NCBI GenBank assembly: GCA_038525525.1
Contig: JBCBHO010000003.1
Coordinates: forward strand, 572,165-636,164
Reading direction: 5' to 3'
DNA: 64,000 nucleotides
From: Pseudomonadota bacterium
GTDB lineage: Bacteria > Pseudomonadota > Alphaproteobacteria > Rhodobacterales > Rhodobacteraceae
The translations under genes were made by a program, and so were the position numbers. How positions within the stretch are numbered: position 1 is the first letter of the stretch; each line of letters starts with the position of its first letter. Below, one piece after another: positions 27,418-42,829 of this stretch. Under the pieces are notes generated by a model. It saw only the letters and a program-made list of their open reading frames with translations. It was not told the DNA's origin and did no database searches.

Positions 27418-28812
27418 TCAGCCGTCCTTGGCGAGAAGGCCGTATTTGCGCAGCTTCACGTAGAGCGATTGCCGCGAGAGGCCGAGCATCTCCGCGGCGG
27501 CGACGCGATTGTTGCGCGTGAGCTCCACGGCGGTCTCGATGCACATTTTTTCAACGACATCGGTCGTCTCCGACACGATGTCCTTCAAAGAAGCGGAGCC
27601 CACGAGCTCCATGATCGAGCGCATGGCGTCATCGCCCACGGCGACGCCGGGCTTGCGCACGGCCTCCACGCGGGAGGCATCGCGGATCACGAAGACGAAG
27701 CTCGGATGCGCGCGGTCATCGAGGTAGGTGGCGGATATTTCCACGCTCACCGATGCGCCGTATTCTCCGGCAAGCTTGGTGGCGTACATCCGCATCTGCC
27801 CGGCGCGCGCCGCGTTCTCGAGGAGGACCTTGAGGTCCACTGTCCCGCGCGCGAGGTAATCGCCCAGCGACCGGCCTTTGACATTGGTGAGGTGGGTGGC
27901 GTCGGCGAGGCTCAGGAAGCTTTCGTTGGCCGAGCGGATCACCCCCTCGCGGTCGGTAAAGACGATGGCGTCCACGCCTTCCTGATAGAGGCCGGAGAGG
28001 TTCTCGCTCAGCTCGTCGTTGACGGCCTCACTGGATTCGGCCAGCTCGAGGCGGCAGAGCAGGAGACGCTCGCCGGAGGCCCGGAAGACCTTGGGCTGGA
28101 TGCTCACGTCCTTCTGGGAACGGCGCGCCTGGAGGGTCACGGTGCGGCGATCATCGGCGATGGCCGCGTTGGTCAGGCTCTCCAGGAACTCTCCGCGCCG
28201 GCGGCCCTCGAACTCCTGCGCGAAGGCGTGGCCGAGGATGTCGTCCCGCTTCCCGCCGAGCATTTTTGCTGCAGCGGCGTTAAGATCCGTCACGCGCCCG
28301 TTGGAGACCTGCACGAAAACGAGCGCCTCGGCGGTCGTCTCCATGAGCACCCGGTAGCGCGTGTCATATTCGCGCTGCGTCTCGTAATCCCGCTCTAGCG
28401 CGATCTGCGCCTTCACCAATTGTTGCTGCATTTCAGCGATCGGGCGCAAGTCGCGGCCCAGCATGAGGAGCGCACCATCGGGGGTGATTCGGTGAAACGT
28501 GTACCGGATCGGGAATTCCCACGCCTTGCGATCGAGGTGATTGAGCTCCACCGCTCGGCCTGCATCGGGCCCGCCGAGCGCCGCCAGTTTGGCATCGAGC
28601 TTGGGCACGCTTTCGGGCGTGAGCACATCGCGGACATTGCGCCCCTCCCAGTGCTCGACCGTCTCGAGGGATTTCGTATCGCGGTTCACGAGAACCGACA
28701 GGATCGTGGCGTCCGAGGAGATCACCAGCGACAGGTCCGAGGCCGAGGAGATGATACCGCCCAACATCTCTGGGGCGATCAAGGGGATCGACCCGGTGGA
28801 CCAGTATTTCAT
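27418..28812 (-). CDS. ppsR: photosynthesis gene repressor PpsR/CrtJ
   Basis: 464 aa from MKYWSTGSIPLIAPEML. It has PAS domains and a C-terminal Fis-type HTH, RNNRVAAAEMLGLSRQSLYVKLRKYGLL, nearly identical to Rhodobacter PpsR. Confidence 0.93.
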   Translation of the reverse strand: MKYWSTGSIPLIAPEMLGGIISSASDLSLVISSDATILSVLVNRDTKSLETVEHWEGRNVRDVLTPESVPKLDAKLAALGGPDAGRAVELNHLDRKAWEFPIRYTFHRITPDGALLMLGRDLRPIAEMQQQLVKAQIALERDYETQREYDTRYRVLMETTAEALVFVQVSNGRVTDLNAAAAKMLGGKRDDILGHAFAQEFEGRRRGEFLESLTNAAIADDRRTVTLQARRSQKDVSIQPKVFRASGERLLLCRLELAESSEAVNDELSENLSGLYQEGVDAIVFTDREGVIRSANESFLSLADATHLTNVKGRSLGDYLARGTVDLKVLLENAARAGQMRMYATKLAGEYGASVSVEISATYLDDRAHPSFVFVIRDASRVEAVRKPGVAVGDDAMRSIMELVGSASLKDIVSETTDVVEKMCIETAVELTRNNRVAAAEMLGLSRQSLYVKLRKYGLLAKDG

Positions 28813-28865
28813 CCCCCGCGAGGTCACGGGGCCAAACTCGGTGGATTGATCTGACGCGTCATCGT

Positions 28866-29696
28866 CTAGCCCCCCGAACCCGAGTGTCCTGGCGGCGCGA
28901 CGGCGCGCACTGGGATCGTCAGCCCGCATGCCCTCAAGGCCTCTTCTGGATTGTTTGATACGTAATCGGCACCGGTGAGTGTCTTGATATCCGTGTCTAT
29001 GTCCATCACCGAACCGCCGAGCACGATAGGCGTGTTCGACCGCGATGCGGTCCGGATACAATTCACTATATCCCGGATCGATTCAAGCCTCTGCGACGAG
29101 GCCGCGGAGATAAGCACGGCGTTGTAATCATGGGTTTCTACGAGCTCTGACAGCTCGCCGAGGCCGAGGCCGAGCGCCATGTGCGGCGCGATGCCGAAGC
29201 GGCGCAGCTGATCGGCGAGCACGCTGGCGCCAAGCGTATGGTAGGCGTCCTGCGGGACGGCCACGAGCACACTTTGCGCACCCGGGTCTGTGACCTGCGG
29301 CGCGCGCATGTCTCTGAGCATGGCCTGCAAGCGTGCTGAGCCGATCGTGACATCGGCAAAGCTCATCTGGTCTTCGCACCACGCCGCGCCGAGCTTCTGG
29401 GCGGCGGCGGGAATGTAGCGATCCACGACCTTCGCGCGGCTCACGCCGGCAGCGGTAAAGCGCGCGAGAACGGCCTCGCGTGGCGCGTTGTCAAAGCACA
29501 TGACAGCTGCAATGAGCTCTTCGAGCAGGTCTTCGCGAAGCGCACTTCGCGACACGTTGGAATTGGATGCAACAACAGACAGCACCCGCGAAGCGAGCGC
29601 TTCGACGGTGCCTGGTGCACCTCGACCGCCGGACACTCCAGCGCCAAAGTTGGCTGGCTTTCCCGTTGAACGGCCCTGGTCTGGGCCTTCGGACAT
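28866..29696 (-). CDS. ppaA: cobalamin-binding antirepressor PpaA/AerR
   Basis: It has a B12-binding-domain-like C-terminal half and lies upstream of ppsR. The start was set at the ATG at 29696 because a PpsR palindrome lies inside the longer track ORF. Confidence 0.75.
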   Translation of the reverse strand: MSEGPDQGRSTGKPANFGAGVSGGRGAPGTVEALASRVLSVVASNSNVSRSALREDLLEELIAAVMCFDNAPREAVLARFTAAGVSRAKVVDRYIPAAAQKLGAAWCEDQMSFADVTIGSARLQAMLRDMRAPQVTDPGAQSVLVAVPQDAYHTLGASVLADQLRRFGIAPHMALGLGLGELSELVETHDYNAVLISAASSQRLESIRDIVNCIRTASRSNTPIVLGGSVMDIDTDIKTLTGADYVSNNPEEALRACGLTIPVRAVAPPGHSGSGG

Positions 29697-29797
29697 CAAT
29701 ACGTTCCTCAAGGTCTCGCGCACCGCATCTCGCCACCAGGATTGGTGGGCGTGGGCTGCGGACCTACGGGTATCAGTCTCCCGCACTGTCTCTCCAT

Positions 29798-29815
29798 TGT
29801 CAAAACACTTTGACA
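29798..29815. promoter_or_regulatory. PpsR/CrtJ palindrome (ppaA promoter side)
   Basis: TGTCAAAACACTTTGACA. Confidence 0.7.
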
Positions 29816-29944
29816 TTTCATCCCCTCCCGCAGGGCGCTCGCGGCCCCTCCTGATAGGTGATGCGCGTCCTGTCCCGCTGCAAGGCGGGGCGTCAATGCG
29901 CCCGGCGTCCCCGCCCTTGCGCCCGAAAGTGTCAACCTTTCAAG

Positions 29945-29962
29945 TGTAAGCTTAACTTGACA
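29945..29962. promoter_or_regulatory. PpsR/CrtJ palindrome (bchF promoter side)
   Basis: TGTAAGCTTAACTTGACA, preceded by a TGTCAA half-site at 29930. Confidence 0.7.
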
Positions 29963-29982
29963 CTCAATCTCACGACCCATAG

Positions 29983-33507
<3,525 letters not shown>

Positions 33508-33518
<11 letters not shown>

Positions 33519-36500
33519 CCTCGATCATAGCATCTACCGCGTCGTGATCGTGACGCTGGACCACCACGCGGCGGGCCCGGCGGCGCGTGCACTTCCGGCG
33601 CTCGAGCGCGATTTCCCGGGGCTCGAGGTCTCCATCCATGCCGCGGCGACCTGGGCCGAGGACCCGGCTGCGCTCGAAGAGACGCGCCTCGCCGTGGCGT
33701 CCGCCAATATCGTCGTCGCCAACCTCCTCTTCCTCGAAGAGCACGTGGAGGCCATCGCCGCCGACATCGCCGCGCGGCGGCCCGCGCTCGACGCGCTGGT
33801 GGGCGTGGTGGCTGACGAGAAGATCGTGAACATGACGCGCATGGGCGATCTCGACATGTCCGCGCCCTCCTCGATGGCCATGGAGCTGCTCAAGAAGCTG
33901 CGCCCGAAGAAGGGCGCCAAGGCCTCCGGCGAGAGCCACATGCGCATGCTGCGGCGGCTGCCGAAGATCCTGAAATTCATCCCCGGCAAGGCGCAGGACC
34001 TGCGCGCGTACTTCCTTTCCATGCAGTACTGGCTGGGTGGGTCGGACGACAACATCCGGGAGATGATCCGATTTCTCGTGGATCGTTACTCGGGCCATCG
34101 GTTTGCCCCCGTGGCCGTGGCGGCGCCGGTGGATTACCCTGAAGTGGCGCTCTACCACCCCGACCTGCCGGGGCTCGGCATCACGACGGAGCTTGCCGAC
34201 TTGCCGCCCGTGGAAGGCGCGGTGGCCACGGTGGGGCTGCTCATGCTGCGCTCCTACGTGCTGGCCTCCGACACCGCGCATTACGCCGCCGTCATCCGTA
34301 GCTTCGAGGCGTGCGGGATGCGGGTCATCCCGGCCTTTGCGGGCGGGCTCGACGCGCGCCCGGCGATGGGGGCCTATTTCGAGGGGATCGACGCGCTCGT
34401 CTCGCTCACCGGGTTCTCCCTCGTGGGCGGTCCGGCCTACAATGACAGCGATGCCGCCGTGGCGGTTCTGAAGCGGCACGACGTGCCCTATGTCGCTGCC
34501 CATCCGCTGGAATTCCAGACCCTCGAGCAATGGGACGCCTCCCCCCAGGGCCTCGGCCCGGTAGAGACGACGATGCTCATCGCTCTCCCGGAGATCGACG
34601 GCGCGACCAATCCTACCGTCTTCGCCGGTCGGCACGATCCCGATCCCGCGCGGCCCCATGAGCGGGCCATGGCGCCCTGCAACGAGCGGGTGACGGTGCT
34701 GACGGAGAAGGTCGCCCGCCTCGCCGCGCTCCGCCGGAAGCGGAATGCGGAGAAGAAGGTGGGGATCGTGCTCTTCGGCTTCCCGCCCAATGCCGGGGCG
34801 GTGGGCACGGCGGCCTATCTCAGCGTCTTCGAGAGCCTCTACAACACGCTCCACCGGATGGCGGCGGAGGGCTATGACCTCACCCCGCCAGAGAATGTGG
34901 AGGCGCTGCGCGACGCGGTGCTGAAGGGCAATGCGGCGACCTACGGCCAGGAGGCCAATGTCGCGGCCCATGTGAGCGCCGATCACATCGTGCGCCACAC
35001 GCCACCGCTCGCCGAGATCGAGGCCGTGTGGGGCCCTGCGCCCGGCAAGGTGCAGTCCGATGGGCGCGGTGTCTTCGTGCTGGGCGCGGAATTCGGGAAT
35101 GTCTTCGTGGGCGTGCAGCCGGCCTTCGGCTACGAGGGCGACCCCATGCGGCTCCTTTTCGAGAAGGGCTTCGCGCCGACGCACGCCTTCGCGCAGTTTT
35201 ATCTCTGGCTGCGGAACACGTTCGAGGCCGATGTGCTCCTCCATTTCGGGATGCATGGGGCGGCGGAGTTCATGCCGGGCAAGCAGGCCGGGCTCGGCGG
35301 GCGAGACTGGCCGGACCGGCTCGTGGGCGAGATGCCCAATGTCTACCTCTACGCGTCGAACAACCCGTCCGAGGCGACGCTCGCCAAGCGGCGCATGAAT
35401 GCCGTCACGGTCACCCACGTAACGCCGCCACTGGCGACGTCGGGCCTCTACAAAGGGCTGGCGGAGCTGAAGGATTCGCTCACGCGCTGGCGCGGCATGG
35501 TCGATGGGCCCGCACGCGATGACATGGTGAGCCTCATCACCGATCAAGCTGCAGCGGTGGACATGACGGGCGCGCCCGAGGACCTCTGGCTCGCGCTCCT
35601 CGAGACGCAGGACGCGCTCATCCCAGACGGGCTTCACGTGCTGGGGCGGCGTCCGAGCGACAGCGAACTGCAAGGCTATCTCGCCGTCATGGCCGATCAG
35701 ATGCCCGAGGCGCTGAGCCGCGCGGCGGCGCATCTGAATGGCGACGCGGAGATGACGGGCCTCATGCGCGCCCTGTCGGGGCGCTTCATCGCGCCGGTGC
35801 CCGGTGGCGATCTCGTGCGCTCGGGCGAGGTGCTTCCCGCAGGCCGCAACATCCACGCCTTCGATCCCTTCCGGATGCCCACGGCCTATGCGCTCCGCGA
35901 CGGGCAGGCGCAGGCGGAGCTGCTCTTGGCCACGCAGGAGGCGCTGCCGCGCTCGGTGGCGCTCGTGCTCTGGGGTTCCGACAACATCAAGAGCGATGGC
36001 GGCCCCATCGCCCAGGCGTTGGCGCTCATGGGCGCCAAGCCGCGTTTCGACAACTTCGGGCGGCTGTCGGGCGCGGACCTCGTGCCGCTGGCTGAGCTTG
36101 GGCGCCCGCGCATCGATGTCGTCATGACGCTCTCGGGCATTTTCCGCGATCTCCTGCCACTGCAGACCCGGATGCTCGCGGAGGCCGCTTGGAAATGCGC
36201 CTCGGCCGACGAGCCGCTCGAGCAGAACTTCGTGCGCGCCCATGCGCTGGCCTATGCCGAGAAGACGGGCTGCGCGCTGGAGGAGGCGGCCTTGCGCGTC
36301 TTCTCCAATGCCGAAGGCGCCTACGGCTCGAACGTGAACGTGCTGGTGGACCAGGGGGGCTTCCACGACGAAGACGAGCTCGCCGACGCCTACCAGGCGC
36401 GGAAGTCTTTCGCCTATGGCCGCGACGGCAAGGCCCAGGCCCAGCGCGCGCTCCTCGACGAGGCGCTGGCGGACGTGGACGTGGCCTACCAGAACCTCGA

Positions 36501-37014
36501 AAGCGTCGAACTCGGTGTCACCACGGTGGACCATTACTTCGACACGCTGGGCGGCATCGCCCGCGCGGTGAAGCGCGCCAAGGGCGGCGTCGAGCCCGCT
36601 GTGATGATCGGGGACCAGACCACAGGGTCGGCCAAGGTGCGGACGCTCCGCGACCAGGTGGCGCTCGAGACGCGCACGCGCAGCCTCAATCCGAAATGGT
36701 TCGAGGGGATGCTGAAGCACGGCCACGAGGGCGTGCGCCAGATCGAGGCGCAGGTGACGAACACGATGGGCTGGTCGGCGACGACGGGCCAGGTGGAGCC
36801 ATGGGTCTACGAGCGTATCTCGGAGACCTTCGTGCTCGACGACGCCATGCGCGACCGCCTGAGCCAGCTCAACCCGCAGGCCTCCATGCGCATGGCGCAG
36901 CGGCTGCTAGAGGCCTCCGATCGCGCCTATTGGCAGCCGGACGCGGCGACGCTCGAGGCCCTGCAGGACGCAGCCGATGCGCTCGAGGACCGGCTCGAGG
37001 GGGTGGGGTCATGA
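33508..37014 (+). CDS. bchH: magnesium chelatase subunit H
   Basis: 1168 aa CobN/BchH family protein. It overlaps the bchB end. Confidence 0.97.
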
Positions 37015-37027
37015 TCTCGACGCTCAC

Positions 37028-38909
<1,882 letters not shown>

Positions 38910-38924
38910 GCGGTCTACCCCTCT

Positions 38925-39010
38925 CTGGATCGCGCCCCGGCCCCCGAGCCGGGGCCTCCTGGCGTGGGTCGGGAGAGGTCCCGGATCAGGTCCGGGACGT
39001 GGGGCGCTGA
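38925..39010 (-). repeat. stem-loop repeat element, copy E (bchM|lhaA junction)
   Basis: Hairpins GCCCCGG..CCGGGGC (38934-38955) and GTCCCGGA-TCAGG-TCCGGGAC (38978-38998). It is co-linear with copy C. Confidence 0.78.
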
Positions 39011-39028
39011 TGTCCAGGGAGGTCTCCC

Positions 39029-40468
39029 ATGGCTAAGGCGCGGCATCCTCTGACGCAGTTCACGATCGGCATGCTGCCGTTCTCGGATGCTGTCTCCGAC
39101 GCGCTGCCGCTGCGGCAGCTGCTGCGCCTCTCGCTTTTCCAGGTGAGCGTGGGGATGGCGGCGGTGATGCTGCTCGGCACGCTCAACCGCGTGATGATCG
39201 TGGAGCTCGGCGTCGCCGCATGGATCGTGGCCGTGATGATCGCGCTGCCGGTCGTGTCCGCGCCGTTTCGCGCGCTCCTCGGCTTCCGCTCCGACACTTA
39301 CCGCTCCGCGATCGGCTGGAAGCGGATCCCCTTCCTCTGGTTCGGCTCGCTCTATCAGTTCGGCGGGCTCGCGATCATGCCCATGGCGCTCGTGATCCTC
39401 GGCGAGGGCAAGCAGGCCATCGGCCCCGAATGGGTGGGGGAGGCGGGCGCCGCGCTCGCATTCCTGCTCACCGGGCTCGGCATGCACATGACGCAGACAG
39501 CCGGATTGGCACTCGCCGCCGACCGCGCCACGGAGGAGACGCGGCCCCGCGTCGTGGCGCTCCTTTACGTGATGTTCCTCCTCGGGATGGCGGTCTCGGC
39601 GGTCATCGTGGGCTCGCTCCTGCGAGAGTTCTCGGAACTGCGACTCGTTCAGGTGGTGCAGGGCGCGGCGGTGGTGACGCTGGTGCTCAACGTGATCGCC
39701 CTCTGGAAGCAGGAGCGCGTGACGCCCATGACCCGCGCGGAGCGGGAGGCCCCGCGCCCGAGCTTCCGCGAAGCGTGGGGCGATTTCGCCAAGGGCGGGG
39801 CGGCGGGCCGGCTCCTCGTCGTGGTCTTCCTCGGCACCATGGCCTTCAACATGCAAGATGTCCTTCTCGAGCCCTATGGCGGCGAGATCCTCGGCCTCTC
39901 CGTCTCGGCGACCACGCTGCTGACGGCCCTGTGGGCCGCGGGCGCCTTGCTGGGCTTCGCACTGGCCGCGCACAAGCTGACACGCGGCCAGAGCCCCTAC
40001 CGCATGGCGGGCTGGGCGCTTGTCGCAGGCCTTGTGGCCTTCTCCGCCGTCATCTTCGCCGCGCCGATGCAATCGGGCGTGCTCTTTTTCATCGGCGCGA
40101 GCCTCATCGGCTTCGGGGGCGGGCTCTTTGCCGTGGCCACGCTCACCGCTGCCATGACGATGCCCGCCGAGGGCTTCGCAGGCCGTGGCCTTGCGCTCGG
40201 CGCCTGGGGGGCCGCGCAGGCCACCGCGGCCGGGCTTTCCATCGCCATCGGGGGGACCGTCAGGGACCTCGTCAATTCCGCCTCCGCCACCGGCCTCTTC
40301 GGCCCGGCGCTGGCTGATCCCGCAACCGGATACTCGGTCGTCTACCACACCGAGATCGGTCTGATGTTCGCAACATTGATCGCTCTGGGCCCGCTCGCGC
40401 GGTTCCAGCGCACGAACCCGAACCCTGGGGACGGAAGGCCGCTTGGCCTTGCCGACTTCCCCACCTGA
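39029..40468 (+). CDS. lhaA: LH1 assembly protein LhaA (PucC/BCD-family MFS)
   Basis: 479 aa, 12-TM PucC-family protein between bchM and puhA. Confidence 0.87.
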   Translation: MAKARHPLTQFTIGMLPFSDAVSDALPLRQLLRLSLFQVSVGMAAVMLLGTLNRVMIVELGVAAWIVAVMIALPVVSAPFRALLGFRSDTYRSAIGWKRIPFLWFGSLYQFGGLAIMPMALVILGEGKQAIGPEWVGEAGAALAFLLTGLGMHMTQTAGLALAADRATEETRPRVVALLYVMFLLGMAVSAVIVGSLLREFSELRLVQVVQGAAVVTLVLNVIALWKQERVTPMTRAEREAPRPSFREAWGDFAKGGAAGRLLVVVFLGTMAFNMQDVLLEPYGGEILGLSVSATTLLTALWAAGALLGFALAAHKLTRGQSPYRMAGWALVAGLVAFSAVIFAAPMQSGVLFFIGASLIGFGGGLFAVATLTAAMTMPAEGFAGRGLALGAWGAAQATAAGLSIAIGGTVRDLVNSASATGLFGPALADPATGYSVVYHTEIGLMFATLIALGPLARFQRTNPNPGDGRPLGLADFPT

Positions 40469-40486
40469 CCACGAAAGGAATACGCC

Positions 40487-41269
40487 ATGGTCGGTGTCGA
40501 ATTTTGGGGAAACGTAGACCTTGCCTCGGTCGCCATCTGGTCGTTCTGGGGCTTCTTCGCGTTCCTGATCTACTACCTTCAGACGGAGAACATGCGGGAG
40601 GGCTACCCGCTGGAGAACGACGAGGGCGAGCGCGCGGGCAACCAGGGCCCGTTCCCGGTGCCGTCGCCGAAGACGTTCCACCTGCCCCATGGGCGCGGTG
40701 ACGTGACGGTGCCGTCCGAGGAGAACGAGGCCGCGCATCGCCGCGAGGATCTCGCGCTCGTCAAGATGGGCACGGCGCAGGGTTCGCCTTTCATGCCCAC
40801 GGGCGATCCGATGAAGGATGGCGTGGGCCCGGCCTCCTGGACACCGCGCCGCGACGTGCCCGAGCTCGACGGCAAGGGGCACCCGAAGATCGTGCCCATG
40901 GCCACGCTCGATGCCTTCACCGTGTCCGCAGGGCGCGATCCGAGGGGTCTCATCGTGCAGGCGGGTGACGGCGAGCCCGTGGGCGTCGTCAGCGACATGT
41001 GGATCGACGAGCCCGAACAGCTCGTGCGGTATCTCGAGATCGAGCTCACCGACCAGATCGGCGGCGGCAAGCGCCTCATCCCCATGACGCTCGCCGTCAT
41101 CAAGCGTGATCGCGTGAAGGTGCAGTCGCTCTTCGAGGAGCATTTCGCAGGCATCCCCGCGACGGCCTCGCCCACCCAGGTGACCTGCCTCGAGGAGGAT
41201 AAGATCTCCGCCTACGTCGCCGGCGGCAAGCTCTACGCATCCGAGGCGCGGCTCGAGCCGCAACTCTGA
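40487..41269 (+). CDS. puhA: reaction centre H subunit
   Basis: 260 aa with an N-terminal TM segment ([33 protein letters not shown]) and a PRC-barrel C-terminus. Confidence 0.96.
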   Translation: MVGVEFWGNVDLASVAIWSFWGFFAFLIYYLQTENMREGYPLENDEGERAGNQGPFPVPSPKTFHLPHGRGDVTVPSEENEAAHRREDLALVKMGTAQGSPFMPTGDPMKDGVGPASWTPRRDVPELDGKGHPKIVPMATLDAFTVSAGRDPRGLIVQAGDGEPVGVVSDMWIDEPEQLVRYLEIELTDQIGGGKRLIPMTLAVIKRDRVKVQSLFEEHFAGIPATASPTQVTCLEEDKISAYVAGGKLYASEARLEPQL

Positions 41270-41279
41270 CAACAGGGCC

Positions 41280-41303
41280 CACGAATTTCTTCGGAAATTC
41301 GTG
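41280..41303 (+). promoter_or_regulatory. perfect 10-bp stem with a TTCG tetraloop between puhA and puhB
   Basis: CACGAATTTC-TTCG-GAAATTCGTG, 10 nt after the puhA stop. No U-tract follows. Confidence 0.6.
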
Positions 41304-41332
41304 TCCCCGGTCCGCAAACCAGGAGACCAGAC

Positions 41333-42010
41333 ATGGCCACATTGATCGAGAACGACGACGATTTCGCCTTCGACCACGCGCCGGGCTTGCCCGAGGCGCT
41401 GCCGGAGGGGGAGGAGATCCTCTGGCAGGGGCGCCCCCGCGTGGTGCCGCTGGCGCGACAGTCGCTCTGGCTCGATTGGGTGATCGGCTATTTCGTGCTG
41501 ATTACGCTGTGGCGGATCGGGGCCTCCCTTGCAGACTTCACCGTGGCCGAAGCGCTCGGCCACGGTGTGCCCCTCGTCCTCCTCGGGGCGGCTGCTGTTT
41601 TGGTGATCCTCTTCATCGCCTGGCTCCAGGTCCGCGGGACGATCTACACGCTCACCTCCCGCCGGGTGGTGATGCGCATCGGGGCCGCGCTGCCGATCAC
41701 GCTCAACCTGCCTTACCAGTGGCTTGAGAACGCGGGGCTCGAGACCCGCAAGGACGGCACCGGCACCATCGCGCTCCAACTAAAGGGTGAGAGCAAGGTC
41801 TCTTACCTGATGGCCTGGCCGCATTTGCGCCCCTGGCGCATGGCCCGGCCGGAACCCGCCCTCCGCTGCATACCTGACGCCGCCAAAGTCGCTGAGATTC
41901 TGGCCACCGCAGCGGAGGCGCGGGTCTCCGACGCCTCATCCATCAAAGTCGCACCCGCCGCCGCAGCCTCGAGCGCGGCCCCGGGCGGTGCGGCGGTCCC
42001 AGCGGAGTGA
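41333..42010 (+). CDS. puhB: photosynthetic complex assembly protein PuhB
   Basis: 225 aa with two TM segments and a bPH-like layout, in the conserved position after puhA. Confidence 0.82.
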   Translation: MATLIENDDDFAFDHAPGLPEALPEGEEILWQGRPRVVPLARQSLWLDWVIGYFVLITLWRIGASLADFTVAEALGHGVPLVLLGAAAVLVILFIAWLQVRGTIYTLTSRRVVMRIGAALPITLNLPYQWLENAGLETRKDGTGTIALQLKGESKVSYLMAWPHLRPWRMARPEPALRCIPDAAKVAEILATAAEARVSDASSIKVAPAAAASSAAPGGAAVPAE

Positions 42011-42507
42011 AGCCCATGACCGATTTCAATCACCACACCACGCTCGCCCACGAACAGGCCAAGCTCGTGCGTCGCGACAAGGAGATGATCCCCCTCGTCC
42101 TCGTGCGCGCCATGTTCGGCCTGGCCATCGTCTCCGTGGCACTCGTGGCCTTCGCCCGCCTCACGGACCGTCCGCTCGTGGGCCAGCCCACGCAGCCGCC
42201 CATCGTGGCCGAGCGGGTCGTCTACCTCGCGCCCGGCACGCATCGCGGCACCTACATCCTGACCGATGAGGCCGGCGCGCTTCTGGTGGATTCCACCGTC
42301 TATAAGGCTGGCTTCCTCGGCGCGGTGGGCCAGGCCATCGAACGCCGCCGCAAGATAACGCGCTCGGACACGTCCGCGCCGCTCACCCTCGTGCGCCGGG
42401 ACACCGGGCGCATCGATATCGTCGACCCCACCTCGGATTTCTCCATCGAGCTCCACGGCTACGGGTCCGACAATATCGCTCTCTTCGCCGGGCTTCTGCC
42501 CGAATAA
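42007..42507 (+). CDS. puhC: photosynthetic complex assembly protein PuhC
   Basis: 166 aa single-TM protein. It overlaps puhB by 4 nt, in the conserved position. Confidence 0.82.
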   Translation: MKPMTDFNHHTTLAHEQAKLVRRDKEMIPLVLVRAMFGLAIVSVALVAFARLTDRPLVGQPTQPPIVAERVVYLAPGTHRGTYILTDEAGALLVDSTVYKAGFLGAVGQAIERRRKITRSDTSAPLTLVRRDTGRIDIVDPTSDFSIELHGYGSDNIALFAGLLPE

Positions 42508-42532
42508 CCCCTTTCCAAGAGGAGTTGGAACC

Positions 42533-42829
42533 ATGGGAATACTCACACGCGACAGGGAAACCGCACCCTGCACGGTGACCGTGAGCCACCGCTTTGAAGA
42601 GCTTTCGGCCCACGTCAAATTCAACAACGGCGCCGTCATCCACCCGGGAGACAGCGTCCTCGTCCACGGGAGCGAGATCATGGCGCCCTACGGCGAGGTG
42701 GTGGAAGAGGACCGCACCGCCACCATCACCCGCGCCTCCGCGCTCGAGCGTCTCTGGACGCGCTCCACGGGCGATCTCGAGTTCATGGAGCTTTGCGAAT
42801 TCTCGTTCTCCGAGGAGGTGATGTCATGA
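42533..42829 (+). CDS. small conserved protein upstream of acsF (BciE-like cyclase accessory subunit candidate)
   Basis: 98 aa soluble protein with GAGGAG upstream. Its stop overlaps the acsF ATG (ATGA). The position equals that of the alphaproteobacterial gene reported as required for AcsF activity. Confidence 0.55.
   Translation: MGILTRDRETAPCTVTVSHRFEELSAHVKFNNGAVIHPGDSVLVHGSEIMAPYGEVVEEDRTATITRASALERLWTRSTGDLEFMELCEFSFSEEVMS

Noticed and set aside
29930-29947. Third PpsR palindrome upstream of bchF (TGTCAACCTTTCAAGTGT)
   Set aside because: The right half reads TGT rather than ACA, so it is only a half-site. I kept it as a note to the adjacent perfect site.
38915-41779. 954-aa minus-strand ORF across bchM-lhaA-puhA-puhB
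   Set aside because: It is antisense to four well-supported genes and spans their intergenic regions. Its composition (R/G/E/H-rich) is non-protein-like.
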